Shown one piece after another: positions 50,973-62,848 of a stretch of 64,000 bases of DNA (the stretch's first letter is position 1; each line of letters begins with the position of its first letter). Made by a program: the position numbers and the translations under genes. Origin of the DNA: Fistulifera solaris (taxonomy: Eukaryota); assembly GCA_030295235.1 (NCBI GenBank), contig AP026123.1, positions 434,001-498,000 on the forward strand, read 5' to 3'. Under the pieces are notes generated by a model, which did no database searches, was not told the DNA's origin, and saw nothing but the letters and a program-made list of their open reading frames with translations.

Positions 50973-51525
50973 AGGTCTCGCGTATTATTCTTGTCCTTCG
51001 TCAAGACCTTCTTTGATCTTATTACACGGCTCAGCGTTCACCAAGGAAGACTGGAAGACTTCAGAGATTTTGCAGAATTTTTGTCGGCGTTGGTCCGTCG
51101 TAGCGCTCGATTTGAATGTTAAAACAAGCTACGAGCAACTTTTGGAAGTGATAAGGGACTTAAATGATGCCGGTCAAGTTACTTTGCCCATTAAAGGACT
51201 GGTGACTCCGTCGGCTTCCGGTTATGCTGTGATGAGCAGCTTGCAGGAAAATCTGGCAGCCTTGACGTCTCTCATTCAGTCATGGGTCCCCGTTGCTTGC
51301 AATGCTCTGCTGTCGGTTGATGCAGCCACATTAATACAGCTCAATGGATGGCCGATACTTGCAATCTACGGCGATCGCGACCCGTCTGGGAAGCGTAGCT
51401 CGGATCTACTAAAGCAACATTCGGGGGCGACTGTACAAGAGCTGTCCGGTCGACACCCATGCTATTTAGATTCCCCTGTGGAGTTTGTTGACACCATCAA
51501 CGATTATTTGAACGGCATCGAATAG
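50973..51525 (+). pseudogene. 3' part (whole catalytic domain) of the ABHD14-like alpha/beta hydrolase
   Basis: ILLHGSAFTKEDW, VVALDL, LVTPSASG (nucleophile elbow), AIYGDRD, GRHPCYLDSP, as in ABHD14A/B. Confidence 0.82.
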
Positions 51526-51703
51526 CGATAGCATAAGCTTTTGCATATTTTCTTTGAAATCTTTAAATTGGATGAGGTGAGAGATTTTACTAATTAATTC
51601 GTTTTGTTTAAGCTTCAAAAGTAGCAGTGTTTCTTGATTGAGTAACAACAAAGTATTCTTGGTGCACGTGGATTCGTTGAGTCTCCGATTACCGACTTTT
51701 CGT

Positions 51704-52611
51704 TTACAAAAGTCCCACGCCCTTCAATTCCTGCTGAGCAATCACTAAAATTTGGCCAAGCCAAGCCACTTGTAGGACCGAAAGGCTGCTCAACGACACT
51801 AAGAAGAATTTCAACCATCCACGCCGTGTCTTGGTACGAACATCATCGCCTTTCAACGCAAGCAGTACATCGCGACTAAAATGATAAGAAAAGATGGGCC
51901 ACAAAATGCATCGGCAAACAATGAATGCCACGACGAAGAACAGCCCAACGACCACTTTGGTCATGGGAAAGGCGTCGCCCAATCCAACAACACCGTGTTC
52001 GTCATCAAAATTGGCCAAGACACAAAGAATAGCCGTCGAGACTTCCGAGATACCGAAAAAGAAAATCGCGTAAAAGAGTCCGACACCGCTCGACATGCTG
52101 CCGTAGGCAGTAAAGATGCTAAAGACGTGATGAAAGATGAATTCAGGGCCGTCATTCCAGGCGATCGTATCGACGAGATTCTTCAATTGATAGCCCAGGA
52201 AGATGAGAGCAACACGGAAGGCTCCTGGATGGTACGTGTACAATCTCTGTTCGTGTCCGGCGGCCGGCATGGCGTTCTTGTGACCGCGCAAAGCCGCCAT
52301 GAGCGGCTCAAAAACCTCACGGGCTTGCCAGCCCGTCGCAGCACAAAGCAGGCACGAGAGAGTGTCGACACCCAAATGACGGGCTAAGATCTGACGATTA
52401 ACTTCATTCTCAAACAATTCATGAGCATCCCGATAAATCGCAAAGATGTAACGGCAGGTGTGTTCAACGGAGGTCAAAAGAGAATCAACAAAGCTATGGT
52501 GAGGACACACGAACTGAGATTCGGCTTCTCGTTGCACTCATGGAATGAATCTAGAGACCAAAGCACACGAAGAGACCGTTGCTGAAGTTGTTGTTGTGTT
52601 GGTCGGCACAT
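51704..52611 (-). CDS. TLC (TRAM/LAG1/CLN8) domain membrane protein; frameshift near 52478
   Basis: FIFHHVFS, GISEVSTAIL, FFVVAFIVCRCILWP, LQVAWL. ATG at 52611 is inferred across a homopolymer indel. Confidence 0.82.
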
Positions 52612-52894
52612 CTTTTCCTTTGTGCAAATCAAAGGTCGCACGTTTTTCGTTGCAACGAAAAAATGCGACGTAAAAAACTCGGAAGGTCGCGCCTCGACTG
52701 CGCCGATTGTTTGGCTGGCGTCCGAGTCCGAGCAGTCCTACGTTCCAAACAGTCACTGTGACGACGATTGTACAAGGTTCGTGTCCCAACGATGACACAC
52801 GAAAACGTCATCATGTCGTCTACTATTCTGGCTATACTCAATACTGCTGCGACATTTCAATAATATGGTTCTACAAAAGCAAACGTTGCTATAG

Positions 52895-54820
52895 CTATAA
52901 ATGCTCCAAGTAGCTCTCAAGGCGATCCGTTTGCTCCGACTTCTCCAAGACCGAAATAAACTCTTCAAGAGCATCTCGAATGAGGCCGATTCCTAAATCC
53001 TTTGCTTGAAGTTGCGATAAGATACGTCCGTGACATCGCTTGCTTCCAGTACAGCAAAATGCTGCTATGGCCGACAGCCGGTGCCACAGATCACCGCCGC
53101 CTTTCAGCTTGGTCTCTAATGCCCCCAGTTGCACCACAGCCTCGTCATCCAGCGATTCCTCATCATCCGAGCGAAAGAATTTATACTCCGCCATACGTGC
53201 TTTCTGGTCATACAGAATAATTTTTTCGACCAGTCGATCGCAACGCTCAGTCTCCACGAACTTGGCCAATAATCGTTGCTTACTATCATGCGGCGAACTA
53301 TCGTCCAAGTGGCGCGTAAGAGAATATAGGATACGGATCACCCACTCTCCTATTGTGCTATTCCAATCTCGTTTGGCCTTTTTTGTAGTCGCGGCGACGG
53401 GAGCCATCTGTGGCAGGTTGTGTCCCATAAATATGGGAAACAAATACTTCAGTCCTCCAGATTCTACAATTTGTTCGCATAACAACTTGTGTACCGTCTT
53501 TGAACCATTGAAATCAAGAAGCTTCAAAGCTGCTCCGCCGGCGTGTACTCGTTCTTTCAAGCAGCGGACAACCAACTCAACTCCTTGTCTTTCCAAAAAT
53601 GCTTGTGCATTGTGCTCACTATTGGCGAGAGCCAACGAGAGAACGAGGCAAGCATTCTCAAGAGATTCTACTTCTTGGTCAGTTTCCGGTTGCTTTTTTG
53701 CGAAAAAGTGCAATCATCTGTAAAAGCGCTTCGATTCCATCAATTTCAGCAGTCGGCGTCGGACCTTGTTTGATGTCACTGCTTTCCTCGATAATTGTAG
53801 AAGAGTACGGTCTTATCCTACTCCAATCGGGGAAGACGGAATACACATCTTCTCGGGTAGAAAGAAGAGCGAGGAGCTCCAGTGCTCTATCCTTCATCAA
53901 GGTGCTGTCATTTATTTGTTGAAATAGCCATGATACGAGAAGAGTCTCCTTACATATTGTTGCTGCCACTGACAGTCCCGACGCAAGTAAATAAGTACCC
54001 TCTTGTGCAGATTGTTGCATCAAAAGATCCATTTCCATTAAATTTTCTAGCAAAGCCAGAACGTCTTCTACTCCTCTTCCTACTTGATCGTCCTCGCCAT
54101 TAGTGCTCTCCAGACGAGAAAGGTTACCGACGAGATACTCCGCACCATCTTTTATTACAAAGCTAGCCACAGTTACGACTTGGGGCACAAAGTATCTTCG
54201 TCCTCGTCGACGAGCAGTGACGAGTCCAGCCACTCCAACAAGACAGACACAACTGTGGTCACTACGTCGGAGTTCTCGTGCAGCAAGAGTTGCAGTAGCG
54301 TCGAAACCACATCGTGCTCTATCAGCGATGCGTACAGCTTTGCTGGTTCTGCCGCAAAAGATTTCAGCATGGCAATATTTTCGTAAAGCGCTATTTCGCT
54401 TTCCATGTATTGTGAGGGATCATCGCTGAATTTGGCTCGTTGTATCTCGTTCGTTTGAATCGCCTTTTGGAGTGCCGCTGCAGCTACTTTCACTCCTTTG
54501 GGTGAAAGATCCACTACTTTGGTATTGCTCGCCATTCCTTCCGCTTGTTCGAGCAATTCCGCTGCCGATACAATCACACGTGTCTCATTTTGATCTTCAG
54601 CGATTCTGACATCTTTGCGAGGCTTCTTCTTCGGCTGATCTTTATCTATCGTCTCCAGATAGTAGCCAGTGCCTTGTGAACCAGTACCAAAGTAGTATCC
54701 AGACTTACTTCCTGCGAATTCAGGAGAGGGAATAAAATCAGAGCCACCGATCACAATCCGATCCAAAGCATCGTCGACTGATGACGACAAAGGTCGCTTG
54801 GCACCCGCTTCGCTGCTCAT
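52895..54820 (-). CDS. CTNNBL1: Beta-catenin-like protein 1 (Prp19 complex); frameshifts near 54185 and 53700
   Basis: NEIQRAKFSDDPSQYMESEIAL, LLLHENSDV, DGIEALLQ, FLERQGVELV, GGLKYLFPIFMG, RLLAKFVE. Confidence 0.9.
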
Positions 54821-55259
54821 AATCTAAGCCAACGTGTCGTCGCGACGTTATCAACAATTATAGTATCAAGAAAAGGGTAAACGGGGAATTTGGTTCCATT
54901 GAATAATAAATGAAACGCAACCAAAATAAATGTCGATGAGAGTAGCCGTAAAAGTGGCGTGGCGTCGTTTCGAGAAAACCGTGTCCCGTGTAATTGTAGC
55001 ATACAGGCTACGTGAGTGTAAGGCTTTTCATTTCTGAGTCACGAGTTGTCTTAAAGTGGGTCCAGTCTGTCCATGCGTCCTCTGCGACATTTCACGAGCA
55101 CACTGCGACATAACGTTTCTAACGAGTACCATTCCGAAGTATTATACACAGTAAAGTTTATACTGAAGTTTGAGTACTTCAAAATCGTACTGTGATCAAA
55201 CCGTGTTTTTTGACCAAAAATGCAAGGGGCGTACCGGTAGCACAGGATTATTTTTTCGA

Positions 55260-56400
55260 CCCTTCATTTCGTGTCATTGAGCGACCTTTCGAAGGCATTT
55301 AACAATCTCCTTCTGAAAATACTCTAAAATTAATACAGGGACATCGACGAAAGAGCGCACGAAAATTCGTATCAGCATAGGGTTTATCCTCTTTATACGA
55401 GGCTGGGTCGGCTCAATGACTTTGTTGCCGCGGCGTTAATGTCAATTCACAACGACAGCAGTGCAAGTAGCTACGACTTCAAAGCGACACTCTACAATGA
55501 TGGATATATTTAGATGTTCTTAGACGCCGAAATCGCACAATCGAAGTCTTACACTAGTTTGATTTCCAAGCCAAGGCTACCCATATAACCCGCGTTGATC
55601 GGCTCATCCGGACGAACGCGGATTGGGAAATGTTCAGTTGAAAAATTTCAATCAGACTTCAGAGCAACGAAGAAGCTCACGCAATATATAGCTAAGTTCG
55701 AAAAGGTTGCGTTTTGCTCCTCAGTAAGATGCTAATTTGCGACTAATGGATGCACGAAAGATTACGTCAAGTCTGGTATTTTTGGGAAAATGTTGGGGAC
55801 GCAGCCACTGCTTTGCAATTTCACGCCATCTGTTGAAAACTCAAGCACTATAATATCTTATCGGATCAAGTCGATCAGTTCTCGTGCCATTGAGCGAACT
55901 TTTGAAGGCTTCGACAACTCTTTCTCAAACATTTCTTGCATTCATGAAGGAGACAGTAATGAAGAGATGTCAAGGAAACCCGCACGGAAAGGGTTTCACC
56001 CTATTTATAATAGGTTGGGTTCGTTCAATGACTTTGTTGCCGAAAGTTGGATCTTTGATGTCGGCTGTGGCGGGACATAATAAGATTGTTGCTGCAGATA
56101 CGAAGCTGGGACAGAAGATAGTTATTTTTAATCCTGAAATCGCTTCATCGCGAATAAGCTTACGTGGCAACTTACTCAACAGCAATTCAGGTGTCGAAAT
56201 CATGTTCTGTAACATCGGATCCATTTCAGTGAGCTTTCAAACACCGAAATCACACCGTTTCGACGTATGACAAAGTTCTGTCAAACGCTTGGATTCTGAA
56301 ATAATGCTCGATTGAATTTCCAATTAGAGTTTGAAGCAACAAAGCACTTTACGCAGTACATAGCCCAGTCGGAGAGGTTGCGCTTCGCTACAAAGTATAT
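55260..56400 (+). pseudogene. Decayed tandem duplication (~610-670 bp period) with residual coding signature
   Basis: Matching blocks at 55270/55883, 55380/55992 and 55662/56333. They translate as GFILFIRGWVGSMTLLP vs GFTLFIIGWVRSMTLLP and LTQYIA vs FTQYIA, with many synonymous differences. Stops and frameshifts lie between the blocks. Confidence 0.45.
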
Positions 56401-57266
56401 TTTTGCGACCGGTTTTCCGTGGCGCTGTACTGTCATTTCAAGTTGATGCCACGAACAAAAATTTGTTTTTATGAGAAGGGTATGGAACGGTTTAAGCGAG
56501 AAATACCCGTCGGAGACACAGTTGTTTTGTGTATATGCATACTAGAGAAACAAATAGAGACTTGAGATAACCAGCTCGAATCTTGAATATGATGTGCGCC
56601 GCTTAAAGGCACTGAGCAATTGATAAAGAGTGAAACACAGAAATGATTCGAGTTGATCCTGTCGTAAAAGCACTGCCATCAGAGACGACCGATGCGTATC
56701 AATTTTTAAGCAACTGCTCTGCAATCTTGCTTCGAAGTCAGACACTGACGAATGATATTGTCTCATCGATGTTGCCACTCAAAGGATTCTACGGAGCCGC
56801 GCACGAAACGTATGAGCCCACGCAACAAGAAAGAATTATCGCGCTTCGGGACAAGTTCGTTGCAATGCGGCATAGATTGGGAGACGCGGTCGTTGGATTA
56901 TACGCAGTAAATATTTGGCATGTCCATGCACTATCGTGTCATGGAGCGTCATACACTTGCCCAATACCGCAATTCATTCGAACGTTCTATGTTTTATCCT
57001 ATGTTACTAAAACTGGATTTGATCGTGGCGGCATACCGAAGACACTGTTCCTCGCCAACGATGCCCGAAGGACAAATCGGAATTGTGGTACCCGAAACCA
57101 ATATCCGTTGTCTAGAGCGAGCTTGCGAGTGAACAAAGTTTGGTTGCCAATTGATTAAAGTGAGCGATTGATTACATTCCCCGTGATTGTGTATCAGAAA
57201 AACACGAGATTGTGCGACCATAATATTGTCCGCTTTCCATTTTCTGGTAGAGTCAGGTTATCAATA

Positions 57267-59547
57267 TTATAACGACTTGAGCACTTTCGATATGCTGCTG
57301 CTACTGTTGCCGCTGCGCTGTGAAGCAAAATCGCTATCTCTCTGCAGAGAGGTTTGATAATCTTTCAGCGGATTGTTCAATGTTACGCTCGCGCTGGGAT
57401 TCCCATCTGGTGGTGGGGTCGGCACAGAGGACTTTGTATTGGATCTCGTCAACAAGCTCCGATAGGCGTCGAAACCACTTTTGCTGGTCCGGTTATTCAC
57501 GTCGTCATCAGCTTCGGCGCCTTTAATCAGTGTCTGGCGCTTGACTCGTTTCTTATTCAAATCTCGGACCAAATCTTTGACCAACGACTGCAGATTTTCT
57601 CGTTCTTTGCGGAGTCGTGCGACTTCTGCACTTTCTCTACTAGGAACCATGACATCCGCTTCCGGGATGACTTCCAGCGAGTCAACACAAAGTGTTGTCG
57701 GATCGTAAGGATCGTTATATCTATTGAAGGTATGAACTTGGTCCTCGATTCGCCGGGCACGCGTGTCCCCTTTCTGGGGCTTTCCACCCCTCCTTGTCCA
57801 AGAAAACACTGGGGCTTCGTCCAGCAGATACGATGGAGTCGAAGATGCAAACGTTCTCGGAGTATCAGTTGTAGAGTGAGGGAGTGTTTCGGATACGGTA
57901 TCCCCATCCAATGAAAGTCTAGCTTTAGCGCTGGACGCATCAAGACTTGGCTGCCAATCGGGTTTCTGATCAGTGTGATCTACGAACGACGTTTCTTCGC
58001 GAGGAGGTGTGCTTGGTGGAAAAGTGGTGGGTGGTAAATAATTACTTTTGCGCCTGGTTTTGCAATTTCACCTAGCACAGGATATTGCTCCGCGTCGCCA
58101 ACACTAACACTCCATTCTCCGCTTCCTCTCGACACGCCAGACAATGTGCTGGTATCATCCTTAGCTGACTCACGGGACGTAGAGCGAGTCCTCATTAGAC
58201 TACTTTTCACGGAATTCGAGCTGTTCAGCGAAATACTCGAGGGAACCTTGGATGCACTACCAGAGGTCAGGTGGCCACTATTGCGACTTTTCATACTTTT
58301 ATTGACGCTTTCCGTAACGCTCATCGCACTAGACAGCCGTCCAACAACAATTTCGAGTGGTTTTGTGTATTGTGTCATTTCTTCCGCTGTAATGTCATTT
58401 CGTTGTAGTATGCGTTTCAAATCGTTCACAGTCTTTGTAAGTTCTGCGTTTTCTTTTCCAGCTGAATCACTTGACGCGCAACAACCTCTGTGGATGTCAG
58501 CTTCTCGTATTTCGCTTCGATCTCTTTCAACCTATTTATCTCTTCGGCGAGCCTATAGTTTTCTTCATTGTGTTCTGCCAGTATGTACTCAAGTCTCTGT
58601 GCGCGCTGTTCAAGTTGATCCCAAGCAACCGGGCTCTTCTTCTTTTTCGCACGAGGATTGGCAACTTTCGTACCGTATCGCAAATGTGTGGTGCTTCCGC
58701 TTCCGGAACGGGACGCCGCGATGCTTTCTCGCGTCGCAATCGTGTAGTCATCCGCATCTGCTTGTGAATCGTTCAATACAGACTGTGAATTGACACTAGC
58801 ACCAGCGCTGGGCACTCGACCGTGCTTCATCTTTAAAGTCATCTCTTTTCGCGCGAGATTCCAAAACGAGGGATTTTTCAGAAGCATCTTCATTATGGCT
58901 TCCTTGTGCTCCTCGTTGCCGCCGCGACGAGTCTGCACAATTTGTACTGACGTACGTCCAAAAATATCCTGTTCCTCGGCGGCATCCGGATACGCCATTA
59001 ATAGAATCGAAACCGTTTGTGGTGACGCTAGATGCCATAAGGCTTCATGTAACGGTAGTTTGTTGTCATGATCTCGCTTTTTCGCGGCGTCAGGATATAC
59101 TGTGACCAGTTTTCGAATCAAATGTTCCAGATTTCCTCGATACACGCTGTCTCTGTCTTTTACGCGAGCAAGTTCTCCACAAGCCATGTGCAGAGGCATC
59201 TGCCGGAACGAAAACTGCACTGAACTGTCGATTGTGATACTTGTTTTTAATGTTTCATCGTCGTCATCGTCGGGAGCACGGATGGCCGAAACCCATGTGC
59301 TAGCTTCGTCAGGCGCTTTTCCGAGCCTCCGTAATGCTGACTCATATTTTTGGTGCAATATCAATCGCGAGAGCGTCGTGGGACTGTCATAGAAATCAAC
59401 CTCGTCTTCTTTTACTTTCCTGGGAGTATTCTCAGAGCGGCGGGGCAGAATAAAACTACCGGATTCGTCTGAATAAGATCGACTTCGTGCACGGTTCGAT
59501 GAATTTTTCACGAAGTCAGGCTTTCTGTTCTTACGAGAGTCTTCCAT
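57267..59547 (-). CDS. Ankyrin-like repeat plus coiled-coil protein; frameshifts near 58450 and 58030
   Basis: QMPLHMAC...VYPDAA and KLPLHEALW...AYPDAA repeats, then heptad-rich and Ser-rich regions in three consecutive same-strand ORFs. Confidence 0.72.
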
Positions 59548-60204
59548 AGCATCGGATCCAAGCGGAAGCACGACAACTAGATTATTCTTTGATTAATTGA
59601 TTCACCTTTATTTTCGTCCTCATTCGAAACTCTTCATGCAAGAGGCACAAGACACAAGACCTACGATAAAAGCTGGTCAAGATTCAAGTGTGGTTTGTTT
59701 TCGCCGTCAAGCAGCGATGAGCAGGTGTGAAAAGAAAAATAGAGCGTGTATACAAGAAAATGTAAAGAACCAGAGCGACGAGGGACTTAATAACAAGAAG
59801 CTGCGTTACTGTCACAAGAGCACATTCGTGACTCAAACCTACATTTAAAGGATAGAGTGCAGTTCCAGGTATCTATTGTAGAGTACTGTCACCAGTAGAA
59901 AATACGTGTTAACGTGTTAACCCCCTTTAGCCTTTAGCCTAAAGCTATCGGTGACTGGAGACGGATTTGGACTTGGTGGCCACTCTAGACTCTAGAGTCT
60001 AGAGGGACGAAGGGCAGTGTCCTCTAGAGGTCATAGTTCACTTGGCAGCAAAAGAATAGCTACGGTACCTGGTACGTTCATAAAGTAGTCAGGACCCAAA
60101 TCAACCACGATATTGATGTTGATGCTGACAAGGACGCTGCTAAAATTAATAGCTCTCGCGTCTCTGTCTACGCTGCGAACAAAATAGTGATTTCCCATGG
60201 ACCA

Positions 60205-61760
60205 TCAACCTTCTCGATACCTCAGAAAACAGAGAGCACCTGCGGAACACACAAAGTAGAATGCTGAAAGCCCAAGAACAACCGCATAAGCACGCCAATC
60301 GTACGAATCGTCATCGTTGTTGCTACCGCTAAGCATGAACAGCAAAGGACCACCAATCATGGGCCCGAGGGCGGTACCGACAAACGCAGCAACTCCCCAT
60401 ATTCCCAATAGTTGTGCTCTATCATTTCCTGATTCACGGGACAGCGTGTCAACGGCCAAACTGGTTTCCATTGTGAGGTAGATTCCGTTTCCGATGCCAA
60501 GAACCAAGCAGATATAAATCATGTCATGAACCGTCTGGGCCGAAATCAAGGTCAGAGTCGCCATGGTAAGGATCAAGCACGAGAAATAGACCAATGGCTT
60601 TCGTCGTCCCTTCCAACATTGATCGGAAATGAATCCAGCAGGATAGCAGACTAGCGCTCCACTAAATTGCCCCAAAATAGCCAACTGTGCTACCACATTC
60701 TGAGGATTGTCCTTGACGTGTATTATGTCGCGTAAGAAATACAAAAGAATGTTTGAACAGAGCTCCCACAGTAGTAGAAAAGCCTTGATATTGTAACGAC
60801 GAAGAAGTCATGATGCCGATCGACGTCTATCGTGTAGGCTTGTAGCAAGCTTCGGCAATTCAAATCATAGACGGGCTCCAGCATGCTGGCAAAAATTTGA
60901 CTTGGTGTGACCACAACAATGTCTTTTGCCTGTTTCATCGCTTGTTTTAGTCGAGGGACTGAAATACCTGTCTGTGAAGTACCTGCACGAAATTGTGGAG
61001 CACCATTGGTCGTCTCGCTGTGGTCGGAACTCATCCGCTGCAACCCTCGTCGAACTGCCAAGTCTACATCTTTGTCGTTTCCGTATAACCCCGTTAAAAT
61101 ACCAGCAACAACAACAATGCAAGTATAGAGACCGTACATGCTTTGTAAATCTTCGGCTAGCACGGAATGAAATAGCCCAAACCCAAACAGAGAGCCTGTC
61201 ACAATCTGAAAGGCCAGAATACCGTTGGCGACTCCCATTTGCGTCGAGGGAATTTGATCCGCCAAAATAGCCAGCATAATAGCGTACATGATATTGAGTC
61301 CGACCATGGTGAAACAGAAAGCGATACCGTAGCGGATCCATAGATTGGCCGCTGCCGAGAACATTTGACCGATGAGTCCAACAACCGTCAGGACAGAGCC
61401 GACGATATGGTAAGGAAGACGCTGTCCTACGTCCGGAACCGGACGGTAGGTATCGCTGATTCGTCCAATGACAGGCGATATCAGTTGCGTGAGTCCAGCG
61501 AGGGACATAAATAAGCCGAGGGCAATCGAAGAATGTGCATACATGCGCTGACATTCCAGTGGTAGCGTAATGAGAAAGAGCGTGGTCAAAATGCATCCAT
61601 AAGCGAAAGCAGTTGATAGAATACAGGATATGGAGAGTAGAGGCATCTCGGAATCATTTAGAGGTGCTTGTTTCTCCATAGAATCGTAAAGATTCGTTGC
61701 CGATGACACTAATGATTGTCGTTCGTCGAAAGTATTGCCCTTGTCATTTCCGTTAATCAT
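60205..61760 (-). CDS. Major facilitator superfamily transporter; frameshift near 60745
   Basis: About 12 TM segments; PVIGRISD...GQRLPY, AILADQIP, PAGFISD...GRRKPL, SLAVDTL, GTALGPMIGG. Confidence 0.88.
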
Positions 61761-62309
61761 TGAGTTCTTTGTTAATTTTAGTCTCGACGAAGCCAAAAGA
61801 CAAGGTTACAATCCCTATATGCGCATGGACTGGCAAAGAGAAATAAGATGATGGTGATAGATAAGAATGATGAATATGATAGTTTTGATTGATGGTTGAT
61901 GCTTTTTGCGATGATGGTCGAAAAAAAAGTCGAATGGCCTCATGACTCATGACTGAAATGAAGTCTTGGAGAAAACGGGCAACATTTTGATGCTATAGTA
62001 GATTGCAAAACGAAGTCTTGAGACGAGTTTCGACATCATTTAGAGCGAAAAACACAATGAAAAACGGTGAACAGTCAAATTAAGTGTATAATCAACTCCA
62101 TTTATTTAGTGTTTGAGCAAGGTGAAACCAAATTAAACTACGGAGTATTATTTAAGCATCATTGTGATGATTAGTTGTCGTTGCTTCGTTCCTTTGGCAA
62201 CTTAATCAAGACGCAAGCTTTATGCTTTGTTTAATACATTGTGCTCGCTCAAAGCATTCCACGCGTCGAAGCTATGAAGTATTTACCTTTAGCAACATTT
62301 GCATTGCAC

Positions 62310-62650
62310 ATTTCCATTCTCACGGCCAAAAATACGGTGACGACCCATAATATTTCTGCTATAGTCAATATTTACTATACAGCCAAACAGTTGGTTTAAG
62401 CAAACCACGACTGACTTTTAGTCACGATTTACTTTTTAGTTTGACTTCGTTCTCGTCGACTTGAATCCGTTGTGCTCAACTAACTAGCTCTTTTCACCTA
62501 TTAAAATCACGAATCTACCTTTAACCAGCAAATTCATTTCACACTTCTTTTCTCCATGGCCAAAATGAGGAATCGATCATACCCTTCCTAAGTCACTATA
62601 CAGTCAAAGTGTTGGTTTACGCTAACCGTGACTGTTTTTCAGTCATGCGT
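62310..62650. repeat. Degenerate direct repeat (two copies ~220-235 bp apart) ending in the GACTG-N5-AGTC dyad
   Basis: ggccaaaa...actatacagccaaacagttggtttaagcaaaccacgactgacttttagtcacg versus ggccaaaa...actatacagtcaaagtgttggtttacgctaaccgtgactgtttttcagtcatg. Confidence 0.7.
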
Positions 62651-62848
62651 CATGCAAAAAAAGGAAACAAAAGGCGCAAAAAGCAATGCTGACGATCGAT
62701 CCTTTTATAACCTACATTTGCAACTAACCTACTTGCCCACTACTCATAAAACACTTCATAGTCGAGAGGTACATTCGTTTAGTTGCAGTTGAGCAATTGG
62801 TAATCGCGTGTGAACAGGATTCAGCACAATAGAACCGCATCACCTCAA

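Noticed and set aside
53040..58793. Long antisense ORFs (e.g. 53040-53723, 57354-57914, 58146-58793)
   Set aside because: Shadow frames opposite well-supported genes, with no independent coding features.
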